Positions 62,781 through 64,000 of a stretch of 64,000 nt of DNA are shown here, one piece after another (the stretch's first letter is position 1; each line of letters starts with the position of its first letter). Made by a program: the position numbers and the translations under genes. The notes under the pieces were generated by a model. The model saw only the letters and a list, made by a program, of their open reading frames with translations. It searched no databases and had not been told where the DNA came from. This DNA comes from Candidatus Poribacteria bacterium. Its GTDB lineage: Bacteria; Poribacteria; WGA-4E; PCPOR2b. Location: contig OZ244587.1 in NCBI GenBank assembly GCA_965218095.1, positions 3,520,001 to 3,584,000 on the forward strand. The letters are read 5' to 3'.

Positions 62781-63119
62781 ATGGTGGAAATTTCCGTTAA
62801 ATATCAAGGGAATAATGCCATTCTCAGGATTTCAGAGGATATACTTGGGGCCGATCGGCTTCAATTAAACGAGAAGGTTCAGGAGCTTGTTGATAATGGA
62901 GCCAAAAATATCGTACTCAATCTGAAGGACGCTGGTTTGATGGATAGTGTTGGATTGGGTATGCTCGTTGCCCTGCACACCGCTTTAAGCCGCAAACAGA
63001 CACGGCTAGTGCTTTCAAATGTTGGCAAGTCTATTGAACACCTGTTGCTGGTAACTAAACTCAATCGTGTGTTTGACCGATACGAGACGGAAGACGAAGC
63101 GTTGGCACATTTGGAATAA
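62781..63119 (+). CDS. STAS-domain anti-sigma-factor antagonist
   Basis: IVLNL…MDSVGLGML, E.EAL; RBS GGAGG. Confidence 0.9.
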   Translation: MVEISVKYQGNNAILRISEDILGADRLQLNEKVQELVDNGAKNIVLNLKDAGLMDSVGLGMLVALHTALSRKQTRLVLSNVGKSIEHLLLVTKLNRVFDRYETEDEALAHLE

Positions 63120-63220
63120 TAGCGTCATATTGGCAAAAGCCATAGAACGGCACAATGCCATTATGGCATTTCCGGAGTTAATCCAGTCGCCGTGTCCTTT
63201 TCTGACGTGGGTTGCTCTGT

Positions 63221-63235
63221 TGGCATTAATGTTGC
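63221..63235 (+). promoter_or_regulatory. Possible sigma54 promoter
   Basis: TGGCATTAATGTTGC (GG-N10-GC) upstream of the response regulator. Confidence 0.5.
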
Positions 63236-63365
63236 TTTAATCGAACGTGCCGGGCTTTCCCAACTTAACAGAAATTCTGTGTTCAGGGGGAATTTACGAC
63301 GAATCTCCTCAATCATTTCCGACGTTTATCGGGATGTTGGGAGCCGTGAGAAAGGGCGCTTAGAG

Positions 63366-63857
63366 ATGATCAGGCACAGTGATCGAATTCTTCTCGTTGA
63401 TGATGATATTTTCTCTTTAGAGGTCCTGCGTGAGGTTTTGATCCGTGCCGGCTACGAGGCTGTGTCCGCAGAAAGCGGGTATGAAGCCTTAGAAATTGTT
63501 CGGGCGGAATCGATCAATCTCGCCATTTTGGATTTTAATCTTCCGGATACAACGGGGTCAGAATTGCTTCAACAAATTAAGCAATTTCAGCCAAGCATGC
63601 CTGTCATCATCATGAGTGCAAACACCTCGCAAAGTGTAAAGTTTGACGTTTTTGAAGCAGGCGCTTATACCTTCATACCAAAACCGATGGATTTACCACA
63701 ACTGCTGCGATTCGTTGCGCGAGCGTTAAATCTCAAGCGGCAGTGGACACCAGGTCGCGGCGGCAGACGGGAGGTGGTGTCGGCTGCGAACACTCACACC
63801 ATTCAGATTAAGAAATCAATCTTTTTTCGATGGATTCGGATTATTAAACATAAATAG
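63366..63857 (+). CDS. Single-domain response regulator (receiver)
   Basis: ILLVDDD, LDFNLPD, IMSA, KP. Confidence 0.9.
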   Translation: MIRHSDRILLVDDDIFSLEVLREVLIRAGYEAVSAESGYEALEIVRAESINLAILDFNLPDTTGSELLQQIKQFQPSMPVIIMSANTSQSVKFDVFEAGAYTFIPKPMDLPQLLRFVARALNLKRQWTPGRGGRREVVSAANTHTIQIKKSIFFRWIRIIKHK

Positions 63858-63878
63858 ATGGTAAAGCTGCTCGGTTGA

Positions 63879-64000
<122 letters not shown>

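Overview
Bacterial genomic window with many pseudogenes and IS remnants. (1) 1-17.1 kb is a defence-like accessory island. It holds five paralogous TPR genes with a shared C-terminal cap but different partner domains (TIR, FRG x2, a putative antitoxin extension), a type IIG/Eco57I-like N6-adenine methyltransferase, three GxxExxY copies, an ABC-ATPase/TOPRIM-like gene and a duplicated IS701-derived MITE. The genes are separated by about nine copies of a ~20-bp site (GAAATTGNNATTGTGGAGGA) that is the 3' end of the methyltransferase gene, plus palindromic TGTCTGAATC...GATTCAGACA elements. (2) 17.3-31 kb holds metabolic and transport genes, including a redoxin split by an in-frame UGA followed by a SECIS-like hairpin (probable selenoprotein) and a sigma54-type promoter upstream of a TonB receptor locus. 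(3) 31.5-41.4 kb is a methylamine N-methylglutamate operon (mgsA-mgsB ... mgsC-gmaS). It is interrupted by an AT-richer ~5.3 kb cassette: a PAPS-reductase (SspD/DndC-like) remnant not in the ORF track, a DUF6884/YaaA-like gene, NurA, HerA and a TGT/DpdA-like base-exchange enzyme. This cassette is the best candidate for an undescribed DNA-modification/defence system. (4) 41.8-64 kb holds GGT, AKR, peptidases, IS5/IS982 elements, decayed genes, ppa-mtnA, a STAS protein, a response regulator and the start of dnaK. All family calls come from motifs recognised by eye; no searches were run.
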